A stretch of DNA of 64,000 bases from a virus (taxonomy: Duplodnaviria; Caudoviricetes): positions 64,001 to 128,000 of the IMG/VR virus record IMGVR_UViG_3300035498_000621; one strand, 5' to 3'. Below, in pieces: positions 25,801 through 37,844 of the stretch. The position numbers were made by a program, and so were the translations under genes. How positions within the stretch are numbered: the first letter of the stretch is position 1; every line of letters begins with the position of its first letter. The notes beneath the pieces are model-generated. The model was not told the DNA's origin. It was given only the letters and a program-made list of their open reading frames with translations, and searched no databases.

Positions 25801-28800
25801 AAGAAGTCCAAGTGTAGCTTGAATAGTTCTAAATGTATTTTTATCAATTGGAATTTGACTTAATTCATTAATCCATTCATTTAAATGATCATTATTATAT
25901 TTTTCTATATCTTCCTATCTTTTTTGTTTTCTTTTCTTAAATTGTTCTTCATCTTCTCCTTCTTTTTTAATATGACGATATTGATAACTTTCATCAGATT
26001 CTCCTTCTAATTTAGAATCGTATGTTAAATATCTATTAAAAGGATCTAATTCAGCAATTTTTTTAAATTGTTCTATATCTTTAGATAAATCTTTATCTGC
26101 AAGTTTTTCTATTTCTGGATTAAGTTTAGACTGCATTTCTTTAAATAAATTAAATGCCTAATCCAAATCCATTCTTTTAATTTTAGAATATTCTTCGTAT
26201 TTTTTATTATAATAATCTTTTTCTGATTCAGTTAATTGAGAATATGTTTTACCAGTTGCATTTCTAATAAACTAATTTTTTGTAAGAGTCACAAATTGTC
26301 CACAAAGATTAGTATCTATAGCAAATAACATTTTCTCTACATAACCAAGAGAGCCTTCTCCAAACAAATAATCCTTTTGTTCAATTAAGTCTTGTTTTTC
26401 TTTTCTTAATTTGTCTAATTTTTCCTAAAATTCTGGATTATTACGTTTAGCAGGATCAGAAGTAGTATTTAATAGTTCGCTTATTTCTGATTCTTTATTA
26501 ACTATTTTCTAAGTAAGTTCCTAAAAATCTTGCTAATATTTAGTAATATAAGAAACTTCTTTTACATTTTCTTTATCGCCTTTTAAAAAATCAGTAAGTG
26601 CTGTAGCTCTATATTCACCCTAAACCATTTTATCAAATAATTCATCTTCTGAAAGATTTAATTGATTCTCATTAAGAATCATATCTAATTGATTAATGGT
26701 TTTCTTTAATGTATCATATACATAAGAACTCTAAGATTTATGATTTGCATCTGCTGATAAATAAACAGTTTTTCCATTTTCATCAGTTGTAGTATCATAA
26801 GATAAGTCCTTACTTCCTAATTTTCCTTTTTTCTCAAGTTTATCAAGTTCAGCAAAAATTTCATCTTTTTTACCCTATCTAAGTAAATAAGTAATTTCAT
26901 TTTGTATATCACTTGTTTTATTATTTCTATTACGAACAAGTTCTGCTCCATAGAATAAACCGCCACCGGCAGCACCTCCTAAGAATGACATTGCATATCT
27001 ATCGAAAAAATTTTCCCCAGCACCATAATCTGTTTGAGAAAAATATCCAAGTTTTCCAGCAAGTTCACCCATATATTTAGAAGCATCAGCTACTAATTCT
27101 TCTGAAACTTCTTCTAAACCTTCACCTAAAGATTTACCAACAAAACCAAGACTTCTATCTTTTATAGCTCCTCGATAATCAGAAACAGCTTTCTTTCCAG
27201 TCTATATGCCTTTTTGAATAAGTCCAATTATACCTTTTCTAGTTTGAGTTTCAGCTTGACGTATTCCTGCTGACTCCATAAGTAAATCAGCATTATGTCT
27301 AGCTGATTCTCTAATGGCACGTCTAGATGGTTCATCATTAAAAAACATTTCACCTAAACCAAGATATTTATCAACTCCAAACATACCTATAGTACTTCCT
27401 AATGCAATAGCAGCAGCTTCTAATGGAGTTCCTCCTTTTTCTAATACTGATTGATATACATCTGTATTAGATATAATTGCCATATATACTAAAGAAAGAT
27501 CTTGACCCATTTTCATTCTAGATTCAGCAATTTTCTATGCAGCAGGAAGATATTTATTTAATGCAGCTTTACCAAAAGCTGTTTCCATCCATTTTCCTTC
27601 ACTAAACATTGCTTTTAATTCTAATGGATTATCTGTTCCAATAAACTGTGTTAATTTATCAGCAGAAAGTTTACCACTATAAAAATCGTCAAGACTTGAT
27701 TTTGCTCTTTTAATATATTCATTTTGTGCTTTAGCATATGCAGTATTAACAGCACGCTCTCCGCCATTTGCTAATTTAGAAAAAGTATTTGCAATAACTT
27801 TTTGTTGTCCCCATTGTAAAGCAACATCAGACATTAAATTACCAAAATTTTCAAAACTAAAAGTATTTCCTTGTGCATAATCAGAAGTACTTCCAGTAAA
27901 TTTTTCTCCATATGCAGCAAGAGTATTTGCTAATTTAGAATTTACATCATCAGCTCCAGAAAATCCCATAGCCATACCATAAAGCATAGGTAATGATTTA
28001 CTCATTTCTCTAGCTACTAATAATCCAGAATATGCTGTACTAACATAAGGAATAAAAATTGGAAGAACAGCAGCAATATTTTTAGCTATAGTTCCACCTA
28101 CTGATTTTTCTAAATCATCAGAATCAAAAAAATCATATTTATTTGAAGAACTATTTTCAGAAGTTAAATAGTCTAAAGAAGATACAACTTGTTTGCCCAT
28201 TAATGAGCGACCATTTAATTTTTCTGTATAATATTCTCCAAATTCATTAACTTTCCATTCTCCTTTTTGATGTAAAGTTTTTCCAGTTTTTTCATCGACT
28301 TCATCTTCATCATATGTTGCATATACAATAGGATCATCAAATAAAGATTTAAAATATTCAATAGGACTTTCAAATAATGATATATCATTTACTGATTTAT
28401 CCAAATAAGTATCAGTTTCAGGATCATAAATTTTACTATCCTAAGCAAGTTCTCTACGAGATTTATTAGATTCAGACATTTCATTAAATCCAGATATACC
28501 TATAGATATATGTTCTGGATTATCTTGTGTTTGAATAGCAAAATTTGGATTTTTTATTTTTCCATTTTTGGGACGCATAACATCCCACATATCATATTCA
28601 TAATTATCTACAATATTTTCTGTACTAAACTTTGCAAATTCAGAAGCAGCGTTATTATAAAATTTATTAAATAAATCTTCTGAAAATTCACCTTTATCAT
28701 TTTTAAATCTATCATTTTCTCTAATATATCTACTTTTTAGATATTGATCTTTAGACAACAACTAAGTGTTGTCTAAAGACATATCTGAAATATATTGAAA

Positions 28801-28860
28801 ATCCCCAGCATCGAATGTAGGATTATTTAAAGTGGCTACAATCCAATCATTTTCTTTCAT
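19840..28860 (-). CDS. giant virion cargo protein (3006 aa, code 15) with central superfamily-1 helicase domain
   Basis: Starts MKENDWIV; fragments from 20002 to 28761 tile one frame joined at TAG; Walker A GVGGAGKT (about 24148-24171), Walker B IIIDEATH, LLGDDHQ, VQGREFDYV, LYTMISRSRQG; Gly/Ala-rich hydrophobic segments at about 26900-28100; ATGA overlaps at both ends. Confidence 0.88.
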
Positions 28861-30761
28861 TGTTCTAATTCTTTACTTTTACTAGATCCAAAATTATCTT
28901 GTTTTTTCCACGTCTAAGTAGCTTCTTCTAAATCATATGACGTAGACATCTTTATATCATTTTCATCAGCATTCATTCCATTTATAGGATTATTAGATAT
29001 TGGAATATATATATTTCCTTTATAAATATTGTCTCTTCCCCATCCATACCATGGATTTTTAATTTCATAGTTACCTCTATCCTTATTACTTAAACCAATT
29101 TGTAATAATGAATAAAGTTCAGGATCATCTCCAGCATTTATAAAGAAATTAGATGTAGTATCTTCAATATTAGAAGTTTTATTTTCAGAATTAACAATTC
29201 TTGCTTTATCACTTGTTAATCCTTCTAATATTACGAATCTACCAAAACGATCTTTTCTAGGAAGTCCTTGTGAATCAATCAAATGATCTAAATTAGCATC
29301 AGTTATAAGTTTTTTATACTTATTATTATATTCTTGAGTTCCTTGCTTAAGTCCACTATCTCGCATTTTTTTATCTATAGCTAAATACTCATCAAGAATA
29401 CTAAAATCTACATGACCTTCTTTCATAGGTAATGTAACTACAAACATTCCTGACCCAGCATTAACCATAACATCATTATAACTATTTGTAGAAATTTTAG
29501 CATCACCAAAAGTAATATTGCCTTTACTCTAAATTAAATAGCCAACACCAGATTGAGTTATAAAATCTCCAAGTGAACAATTATTTGAAATTCCAGGAAT
29601 AGCTCCATAATATTTACCAGTAGACGTCATAAATCCTCTTCCTTGTAAAAGATTATAACTACTAGTTTCACCTCCTTGTCCAGCTTGAACTTGACTCCAA
29701 TATCCCATTTTTGGATCTTCATCTTTACTATTTCCAGATGAAGATTTGCCCATTGCGTGATTTATAGATCCTTTATAAGATATTTCAGAAGTTAAAGATG
29801 TTTTATTACCACCAATTAAATACTAATATATTAAATATTCAATAGCTTTTTCTTTTTTATCAGTTTTTAATTTATAAGCAGCCCAAACTTTAACTCTATC
29901 TGGAAGTGTAGATTCTAAATAACTAGTTAAAGCTTTAATTTGACCAAGTTGAGATTCATTAATTATTTTATATTCATATAAACCATCAAGATTTATTAAA
30001 CCTTGTGAATTAATTATTTTTTGAAATTGTGGATTTTCTTTAAGTTTTTCTATTTCTTGCAATCCTTTAGCTGCTTTACTAGTAAATTGTCCACTTATAG
30101 TGCTACTAGTGTCACCAAGACTTAATTTAGCAGAGTCAATTAATTTCTAAAATGATTCAAATCCAACGCTATTATACATAGTATTAAAAACATCATTTTG
30201 ATCTTTAAATTCAGGAATATATTTTCGAAGATAAGCTACATTAGATACAGTTAATATATATTTATCATATGCTTCAGGATTTTCAGCATACTATTCAAGT
30301 GATAATTCTGCTAAATCTCCATCTCCTTTCTATATTAATAAATTTCCTTTTGGAGTAATAGCTGGTTCATGTAATGCGCCATTATTTATTGCAGTTTCTA
30401 ATGCTTTATCATATTCTTTTTTATTATCAACTACGTCTTTTACTTTACGTAATATGCGAGAATATTTTAATGATAAATCTCGTGGAGAAGATCCAGTAAG
30501 ATTTTCCATTACTAAGAAATTATCTATCTAATCAAACAAATAATCTTTTTCATTTTTAAGACCATCCATTTCTTTAACCATTGTAAATAGGTCTTTTATA
30601 GTTATCTTTCCTTTTGTATCTTCATCAGAGTCACTAGATGATTTAGAACTAGATGATTTACTTTTAGTACTAGCTGTACTTTTAGGTACATCTGGAACTC
30701 CAATTGTATCATATATAGTATAAAAAGATGATCCTTTTTGAAGTTTTGGTATTAATTTCAT
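28857..30761 (-). CDS. putative internal virion protein (634 aa, code 15)
   Basis: MKLIPKLQKGSS start; four track fragments in frame; TGA overlapping the next ATG. Confidence 0.8.
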
Positions 30762-33730
30762 TTTGTTTTTCTAGGAATCAATTTAGATCCTTTTTTGGAA
30801 TAACTAATTTCATATTTTCCATTATATGGATCTGTATAATTATAATTAAATATTCTACTTCTTAGACTATTTAATCTAGCATTATTCATTTGAGTAGCTT
30901 GATCAATCCATCTCTAAGCTTTTTGTCCTTTTGCAGTATTTAAAAATTCTGTAACTGTTTTTCCTTTATTAATTTCTTTTCCAGAATCATCAGTCTAATC
31001 TAACCAAGAATAATAAGATTTATTAAATTTATCTTGAGCCTATTGAACTAATAATGTTGCATTTTGAGTTTCAACATCCTTTTCAAAATCATATTGATCT
31101 TGAAGATTTTCTTTATTAAGATTTTTTCTATACCAATATAAACTTAATAATGCTTTACCATAATTAGCTAAACTTTGTTGATCAGCTTGTCTTTTTTGAG
31201 CTGTATTTTGAGCTTTAGCAAGATTAGAATCAACTCTTTGACTATGATTAAAGAACATATCTTCATCTTTAATTGTCTAAAAATCTTTAACATTTTGCCA
31301 AGATTTTTCTTGTGATTCTCGAACACTTTCATCATAAGCTGTATTAGCCTAAGTTCTTTGTTTATTTGCATTAACATTAGCTTGTAATCTTGTTGCTGCA
31401 CCTAATGAAGCATCACTATAAGTATCAGCAACTCTATCGCCTACATTTTCAGTTTCAGCTGCATTTTCTAATTCATTTTGCCATTTACTATATCTACCAA
31501 CAATTTGTCTAGGAGTAAATGTATGTACTTTCTATTTTGGTTGTATAGCATTATCTATAGTTTCCCAATTTTTTTGATTAGTATGTAATGAATTAAAAAG
31601 CATTGCTGTATTTATTGCTTCAGGAATATAATCTGCAGCATATTGTCCTATTTTATCCCAATTAATTCCTTTTCCTTTATTATCAGGATCACTTCCTCCT
31701 ACAAAATCATCATCAGTATATTGATCATCCTAACCAAAATAACCACTACCATCTCCAATGGTTTTTAATTCTAATTTTTCAGTAGGAATTTGAACTTTAG
31801 GAGTTAAATCAATCATTTTACCTTGTTCTCTTACCCATTGCTTACCATTCCAATAAACTCTATCATCTCCAATATTTAAAACATTATTTCTATTATTATA
31901 AGTTTTTTTTAATCTTTCTAGAAATGCATGTCTATTGTAAGTAGAAGGGCCCATGTAATCATATCTAGTTGTATCATTTCCAAAATATTCATTAAATCCA
32001 GTTTGATTAAATAATTCATTCCATGAATTATAACCTTTAGTATTTAATTTTAATTTATTAATATCCCAAGATAATTTAGATCCTGCTGATTCAAGTTTAT
32101 TTAAAAGTATTGCTAACTATGCTCCAGTTAATCCATACTAAGTATTTCCTGAAGCATCAGTAATAATTTTACCATTATTATCTTTAAGATAACCTTTTGT
32201 CCAAGGTTTAATAGTTTTTCTTGTTGTATTTGTTCCATCTTCTGAAAGCCAATAATCTCCTAATAATGAATATTTTATATCATTATCTATATCAGCATTT
32301 TTATAATATTCATTCCATTTTGCAAGATCTTTAGCATTTTGTAAATTGTTATCCGTATTAAGCCAGTCTATTTCACTAGGAGATCCTATTCTATTCATCA
32401 CAGCACCTGGCTAAGCTTTTAATATACCTCCTTCTTTAAATTGAGAATATGCGCTTATTAATAATGGATTTAATCCTGATATATCCCCAGATTTACCAAG
32501 AGCATCCCATTGGTCTTTAATTATTTTTTGCCAATATGGAATATTATGAATTGACATCTCTCTTATTTTACCAGCATTAGTATCCCAAACAAAACCAGTA
32601 TTTCGTTGACTTTTACCTAATGGTATATAAAATTTTCCAAGATCATTTTCTCCAAAATTATATAATCCACCTTCTCTTTCTTTTAATTCTTCTAAAATAG
32701 AATTTAAATAAAAACCAGGTGAAATTCCTGTTGAAGTAACTCCTTTTAATATTGAACTTTTTCCTACATCACCACCATTTAATCCAGTATTAATAAATGA
32801 TAATAAATCTTCTGTAGAAGCATTTTTTAGATTCTAATTAAATAAAGCTTGACTATTTTCTCCAAAATTATCAGTATCATTCCCTTTGGCAAGTATAGAT
32901 ATAAGATCATTTCCTGTATAAGGTGCATAATTTTGTTCTACCCATTTAATAAAATCTGCATATGTTCTTCCAGGTTGAGGAGTTGTATCATCATTAGAAG
33001 GAGTAGCTTTAGGAGTAAAATCAGTATTAAACATCTTTCGAAGATTAGTCATACCAGTTGCTTTACCTAAATCTAAATATTCATTATCAGTAATAACACC
33101 ATCATTATCAAATACAGAATAAATATTACTAATATTTGTTTTTGCTGTATTTTTCTATTCTTCTGTAAAGTCTTCAAATATATTATCCCAATTTTGTAAT
33201 ATATTTTCTAAACCTTCTTTAAATTTTTTTGATCGATTAGTATTTGCACGTTTATTATCAACAAGTTCATCTAAATCAAGAAAATCTTGAATATCTCCAT
33301 TATCTCTACCATAAAGATATCTATTCATAGCAGTACCAATGGCGGTATCAGAATATTTTATTTTTGATTTATCAGGTTCTTTTTTAGGCTCTTCATAAGC
33401 ACTCATTCCTTTTGCTTTTCTTAAAAAATACGAAGTTGCATAAGCATCAGCACCTTTTTTAATGTTACCTTTTTCATCAATATTATGCAACCCTGCTGTA
33501 TTATCAAGACCTTCATAACCATTGTCATCAATTACTGTTGTTAATCCACCAGTTCCATCAATAAGATGTCTCCTAAGAATATTTAAACGTCTCCAAGTTT
33601 CTTCACGTTCAGAATTGGATATTTTTTTATTTTTATAATAATCATCAAATGCATCTCTATCTGATAATAATTTTGCCAATTCTGCTCTATCTACTTTAGT
33701 TCCAAAAACCTCAAATGTTTTATCAGCCAT
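30758..33730 (-). CDS. putative internal virion protein (990 aa, code 15)
   Basis: MADKTFEV start; five fragments in frame; contains QFKEGGIL; ends SKKGSKLIPRKTK with ATGA overlap. Confidence 0.8.
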
Positions 33731-33743
33731 ATATATTTATAAT

Positions 33744-33780
33744 AAAAAATGGGAGCATATAAATTAATATATACTCCCAT
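33744..33780 (-). terminator. intrinsic terminator
   Basis: ATGGGAGTATAT-loop-ATATGCTCCCAT followed by TTTTT on the - strand, just after the stop at 33797. Confidence 0.7.
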
Positions 33781-33796
33781 CTAGGTTTAAGATTAA

Positions 33797-34108
33797 TTAT
33801 TTCTTAATTCTTCGGAGTAAAATTCCTCCTTTTTTAAATACAGGCTCTCCTTGTGGAGCTTCTTGCTCTTGAGTAGCTGCCTGTTGTACGATCTCTGCTA
33901 GTCCTTGACATACTTGCATTGCCATTTGGCAATCTCCTGATTGTAGTGCTTGCATAGCGCCTTGAGCAAGCATAATTAGAGGATTTTGTCCTTCAGCAGG
34001 TTGCTATTCTTCACCTGCTGGCATTTCCTCTTCAGGTGCTGGAGCTTCTTGTTCAATAGAACCTCCAGTTTGAAATTTTTTGATTGAATTTTTAGGTATA
34101 AATTTCAT
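33797..34108 (-). CDS. small acidic/Gln-rich putative internal virion protein (103 aa, code 15); absent from the ORF track
   Basis: MKFIPKNSIKKFQTGGSI...one TAG...VFKKGGILLRRIKK then TAA. Confidence 0.8.
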
Positions 34109-34144
34109 ATTAAATTAATTTAATTTAGATGTTATTAATAATGG

Positions 34145-34175
34145 TAAATTTACAAATATTATATGATTTGTCAAA
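34145..34175 (-). promoter_or_regulatory. possible Bacteroidota-type promoter (variant)
   Basis: TTTG-N19-TAAATTTA (one mismatch to TAnnTTTG) in the intergenic gap upstream of 34108. Confidence 0.35.
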
Positions 34176-34204
34176 AAACTATTCAATATTAAAAATATTA
34201 TAAT

Positions 34205-34768
34205 TTATGATGGACTATCTACATATTCAGCAGGACGTTCATCCTAAATTTTTATACATTTAAACATATATTTACCAAGAGCTTTAAAATCTTTATCATC
34301 TTGTGATTCTTGAGCTTTTTTAGCTTTTTTTATAAGAACTTTTGTATTTGCTCTACTAAAAATACGTTCTCCTCCCCATAATTGATACTATTCTGAACCA
34401 TCTTGAAAAAGAACTTTCATTATCGGACCTTCGTCTGAATCATCAATTTCAAGCTCATCTCCTTTAGATATTCCAGAGTTTGCATTTACTTCTAATACAT
34501 ATGCAACATCATCACAATCTACTAAAGTTTCATCTTTAGCTTTTCTTGTAGCTACTTTCATTACTTCATAATCTTCATTAATAAATACTTGATCAAGATT
34601 TATTAAAGTATCTTTCATAGTCATAGCTACTGTTTTTGGAGGATCGAAAAAGAAAAGCATACCTTCATCTTTTGGAAGATTAGTTACTCCTTTTAACCCT
34701 TGAAATAATTCTTCTTCTGTTCTAGCTTCTTGAACAGTATATGTTTTTCCAGCTATTTTAATTATCAT
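34205..34768 (-). CDS. DUF192-domain protein with C-terminal extension (187 aa, code 15)
   Basis: EARTEEELFQGL...EGMLFFF...MKDTLINLD...YVLEVNA typical of DUF192; reads through TAG 34388 to TAA 34205. Confidence 0.8.
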
Positions 34769-35688
34769 GGTTGAGTGAAAACAAATTTAATTGGAACATT
34801 TTCTTCAATTACAGCTGTATCAACTGGAACTTTTGGTTCATTTGATACAACATTCTATGGTGCATTTCCTTGTTCAATTGAAGCGTCTGTTTCTTTAAAA
34901 TTAACTGGATATCCTTGTCTAGTAAATGAATGATCTTTTACAAATCCAACTTTGCCATTATACCATAAATCTGTAGAATCATTAGCAACTATTGGAATAT
35001 TAAATGGAGTTGCTCCAGCAAATATTTCACCAGCAGCATTACCAATAGCTGGCGCTGTGTAATTTAAAACTGGCCCAACAACATATTTCCTGCCTAAATT
35101 TGTAGCTCCTAATGTTATACCAACAGTTGTTTTAGGGTATTTTTTTACTAATCCAACTGTTCTTTTTATTAATGATGGTTTTTTATTTTTTGTAGTATCA
35201 TTATCATTTTTTGGAGGCTATGCACCAGCAGTAGTTGTTCCAGTAGTAGCTGTTGTAGTCGTAGCATCTGCAGCGGTTCCTGTAGCGGCCCCTGCAGCTG
35301 TTCCAGTCGTAGCACCAGTAGCTGTACCTGCGGCTGTACCAGTAGATGCACCTGCGGCTGTTTTCTTTTTTCCAGAAGCTTTTTTTGCAAATAATACTGG
35401 TGGCATTGATCTAGCTGGATAAGAAGTAACATCTGAAGACATAAACTGTCCTCTAGGCACTTCTTCAATTTCAGATTCTTGAAATCTTGGAGATACTGCA
35501 TCTGATAAATATCCTATTCCATTTGAAATTCCTTGTCTAACAAAATTTCCAGTATCTCTTAAACCATTTGCAATTGCATCTTTATTATTTATAATTCCTA
35601 AACTAGCTAATGTTGCTCCAGTAGCTAAAGCTCCATATGTTAATAATTCTCCAGTAATTGGATTAAATAAAAGCGCGGGAAAAGCCAT
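34765..35688 (-). CDS. hypothetical protein with hydrophobic N-terminus and Ala/Thr/Gly low-complexity linker (307 aa, code 15)
   Basis: Track ORF 35218-35688 extended through TAG to a TGA overlapping the next ATG. Confidence 0.75.
35222..35360 (-). repeat. degenerate 12-nt coding repeat (G-[TA]-A-[TA] tetrapeptides)
   Basis: TAAGASTGTAAGTATGATTGTAAGAATGTAADATTTTATTGTTTAGA; locally GC-rich. Confidence 0.7.
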
Positions 35689-35691
35689 ATA

Positions 35692-37842
35692 TTATAGTAA
35701 TTTATTTGTATTATCAATTGTATTATTAAGAATCTCTTCTACTAAAAGTTTACCTGCTTCTATAGCAGCTTTATCTGAACCGTCTTTAGCTAATTCTTCT
35801 AATTTTTTAGTAACTTCAAGTCTAAATATAATTTCTTCACGTTCTATTTCAGCTTGTTGTTCTAATTCTCCACCTTCTTTTTCAGCTACAACAGGTATCC
35901 CTTTTTTAGTTAAATTATCTGCATTCTCCATATGATGAAGTCTAGCATGAAGTGCTCCTTCAGGAATTACATTAAATGAACCACCCTCTTTAAATTCAGG
36001 TATTTCATCTTCTGGTTCCATTGCCATTATAATTGAATTAATATTTAATGTTCCTCCTTTTTTAAAACCTTCTGTTGCATCTTCTGGTTCTTCTGCTATT
36101 AATATAGAATTATTAATATTTAATGAACCACCATCTTTAAATTTTTTAGCTTCATCAAGTTTATTTTTTCTTACATATTTCCAATAAGGATCACTTTTTA
36201 TTAAATCCCATTCTTTTCTAAATTCTTTAGCGTTGTCAGAATAGTACCAATTTACTTCCATTTGATGATTTGGATGATTACTTGATTTCATATATTCAAT
36301 TTCATCAGTATTAGGATTTTGAGCAACAGAATTAGCATGCCAACGATTATCATCCTAATTAAACGTAAACATACCTTTTACAATAGCTTCTGCAAAATTC
36401 TTTGGGCGACCATTAAATTCCCAATAATCTCTTACTCTAAAATCTTTATCACTTTTCTAATAATCAGGAAGTGAATTTAAATATGATGTAAATTGAAAAT
36501 CTTCTATAGTTCCACCTTTTTGATATTTTTCTTTTCTTTTAGATATATTATATTGATTTGCTATTTTTTTAGCTTGTAAAACCATACCATGTTTTCCTCT
36601 AGAAAGATATGGATTTAATCCTCCTGATAATTTAAGACTTCTTCTAGTTCCATTTATATAAGACATTGAATTTCGTAATGCATTTTGCGTAGTAGCTAAA
36701 TTATTTATTTGACCTAATGTATACATCTAGTTACTTGCATCAGATATTTTATCCTATAAATCATCAGTTTGTCCAGTTAATCTACCAATTAATCCAACTT
36801 TTTTACCAGAATATTTAACAGCATCATCAATAGTTTTATTAGACGCAGTATATGAAGCTCCAATATTAGTAAATACATCTTCATCTTTAGTAATAGTATT
36901 TAATTTAGTACCTCCAAATCCATTAATTGCACCAATATTCCAATTAAAGAAATTACTTCCTAATACTGCATCAGTAGCAGTTACGCCATCAGTTCCGCCT
37001 CCTAATGCATTTAATCCTTTTCCAAGAAATTCCGCTAATTGCATAGAACCACCAACTACCATTCCAACTGGTCCAAATGCATAAGCGGCACTTTTAATAG
37101 CATCATATCCAGCATCCATAGTTTTGGTAGTATCTCCATACTAACCTTCATATTCAGTTTTTTCTGGTAAAAAATTTCCAGCAATATCAGCAACAGAACC
37201 AGCAATTGCAAATGCATTTCCTGTTTTAGCTCGACCTAAACTTTTAAGTTTATCTGGATCTGTAATCTTTTTTTTAGCAGCATCAATTGCTTTAAGACTT
37301 TTAACAGAATTCGCAATTCTACCAGTATTTTCGCTTACTGAAGATACAGTCTATGCAGCTTTACCTCCAAGCTAAGAAGTTAATTGATTTCCTATTTTCG
37401 TTGCACTATCTAAAATTTGCTTTTGATAGTCTATATTTTCCCCAGTTAAACTTGAAATATCAATATCATCTTCTGTTTTTGTTTGATATGGTGTAAGAAA
37501 AGAAGTAGAAGGCATAGAATCATTCATCATATTCTATCCTAAATATTGTGCTCTTATATCATTACTATTCTATAATGCCATACCTGTTTTAAAATGCATA
37601 TCACTCAAATCTGACTAAATACTATTTCCAAATTGTTGAGCAACATTATCATAATTAAACTACTATTGTATTGGCCATGAATCTAAATTTGGAATATCTA
37701 ACTAAGACTAAAAATTATAAGAATTATTTAAATAATTGTTAAATAAATTATTCCAATAATCATATTTGCTGCCTGAGCTCTATTGATCGCTCAGGTCAGC
37801 AAATGAATAATTTTTAAAATTTATGTTACTGTCTAAACTCAT
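35692..37842 (-). CDS. putative internal virion/cargo protein with FKxGG repeats (716 aa, code 15)
   Basis: MSLDSNINF start 2 nt after the upstream TAA; fragments 36754-37119, 36457-36726 and 35692-36291 in frame; Gly-rich hydrophobic segment FGPVGMVVGG. Confidence 0.8.
37764..37804. promoter_or_regulatory. strong intragenic hairpin
   Basis: ATTTGCTG(A)CCTGAGC-GATCAATAGA-GCTCAGGCAGCAAAT: 15-bp stem with one bulge, inside the 5' end of the 35692-37842 gene. Confidence 0.6.
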
Positions 37843-37844
37843 TT

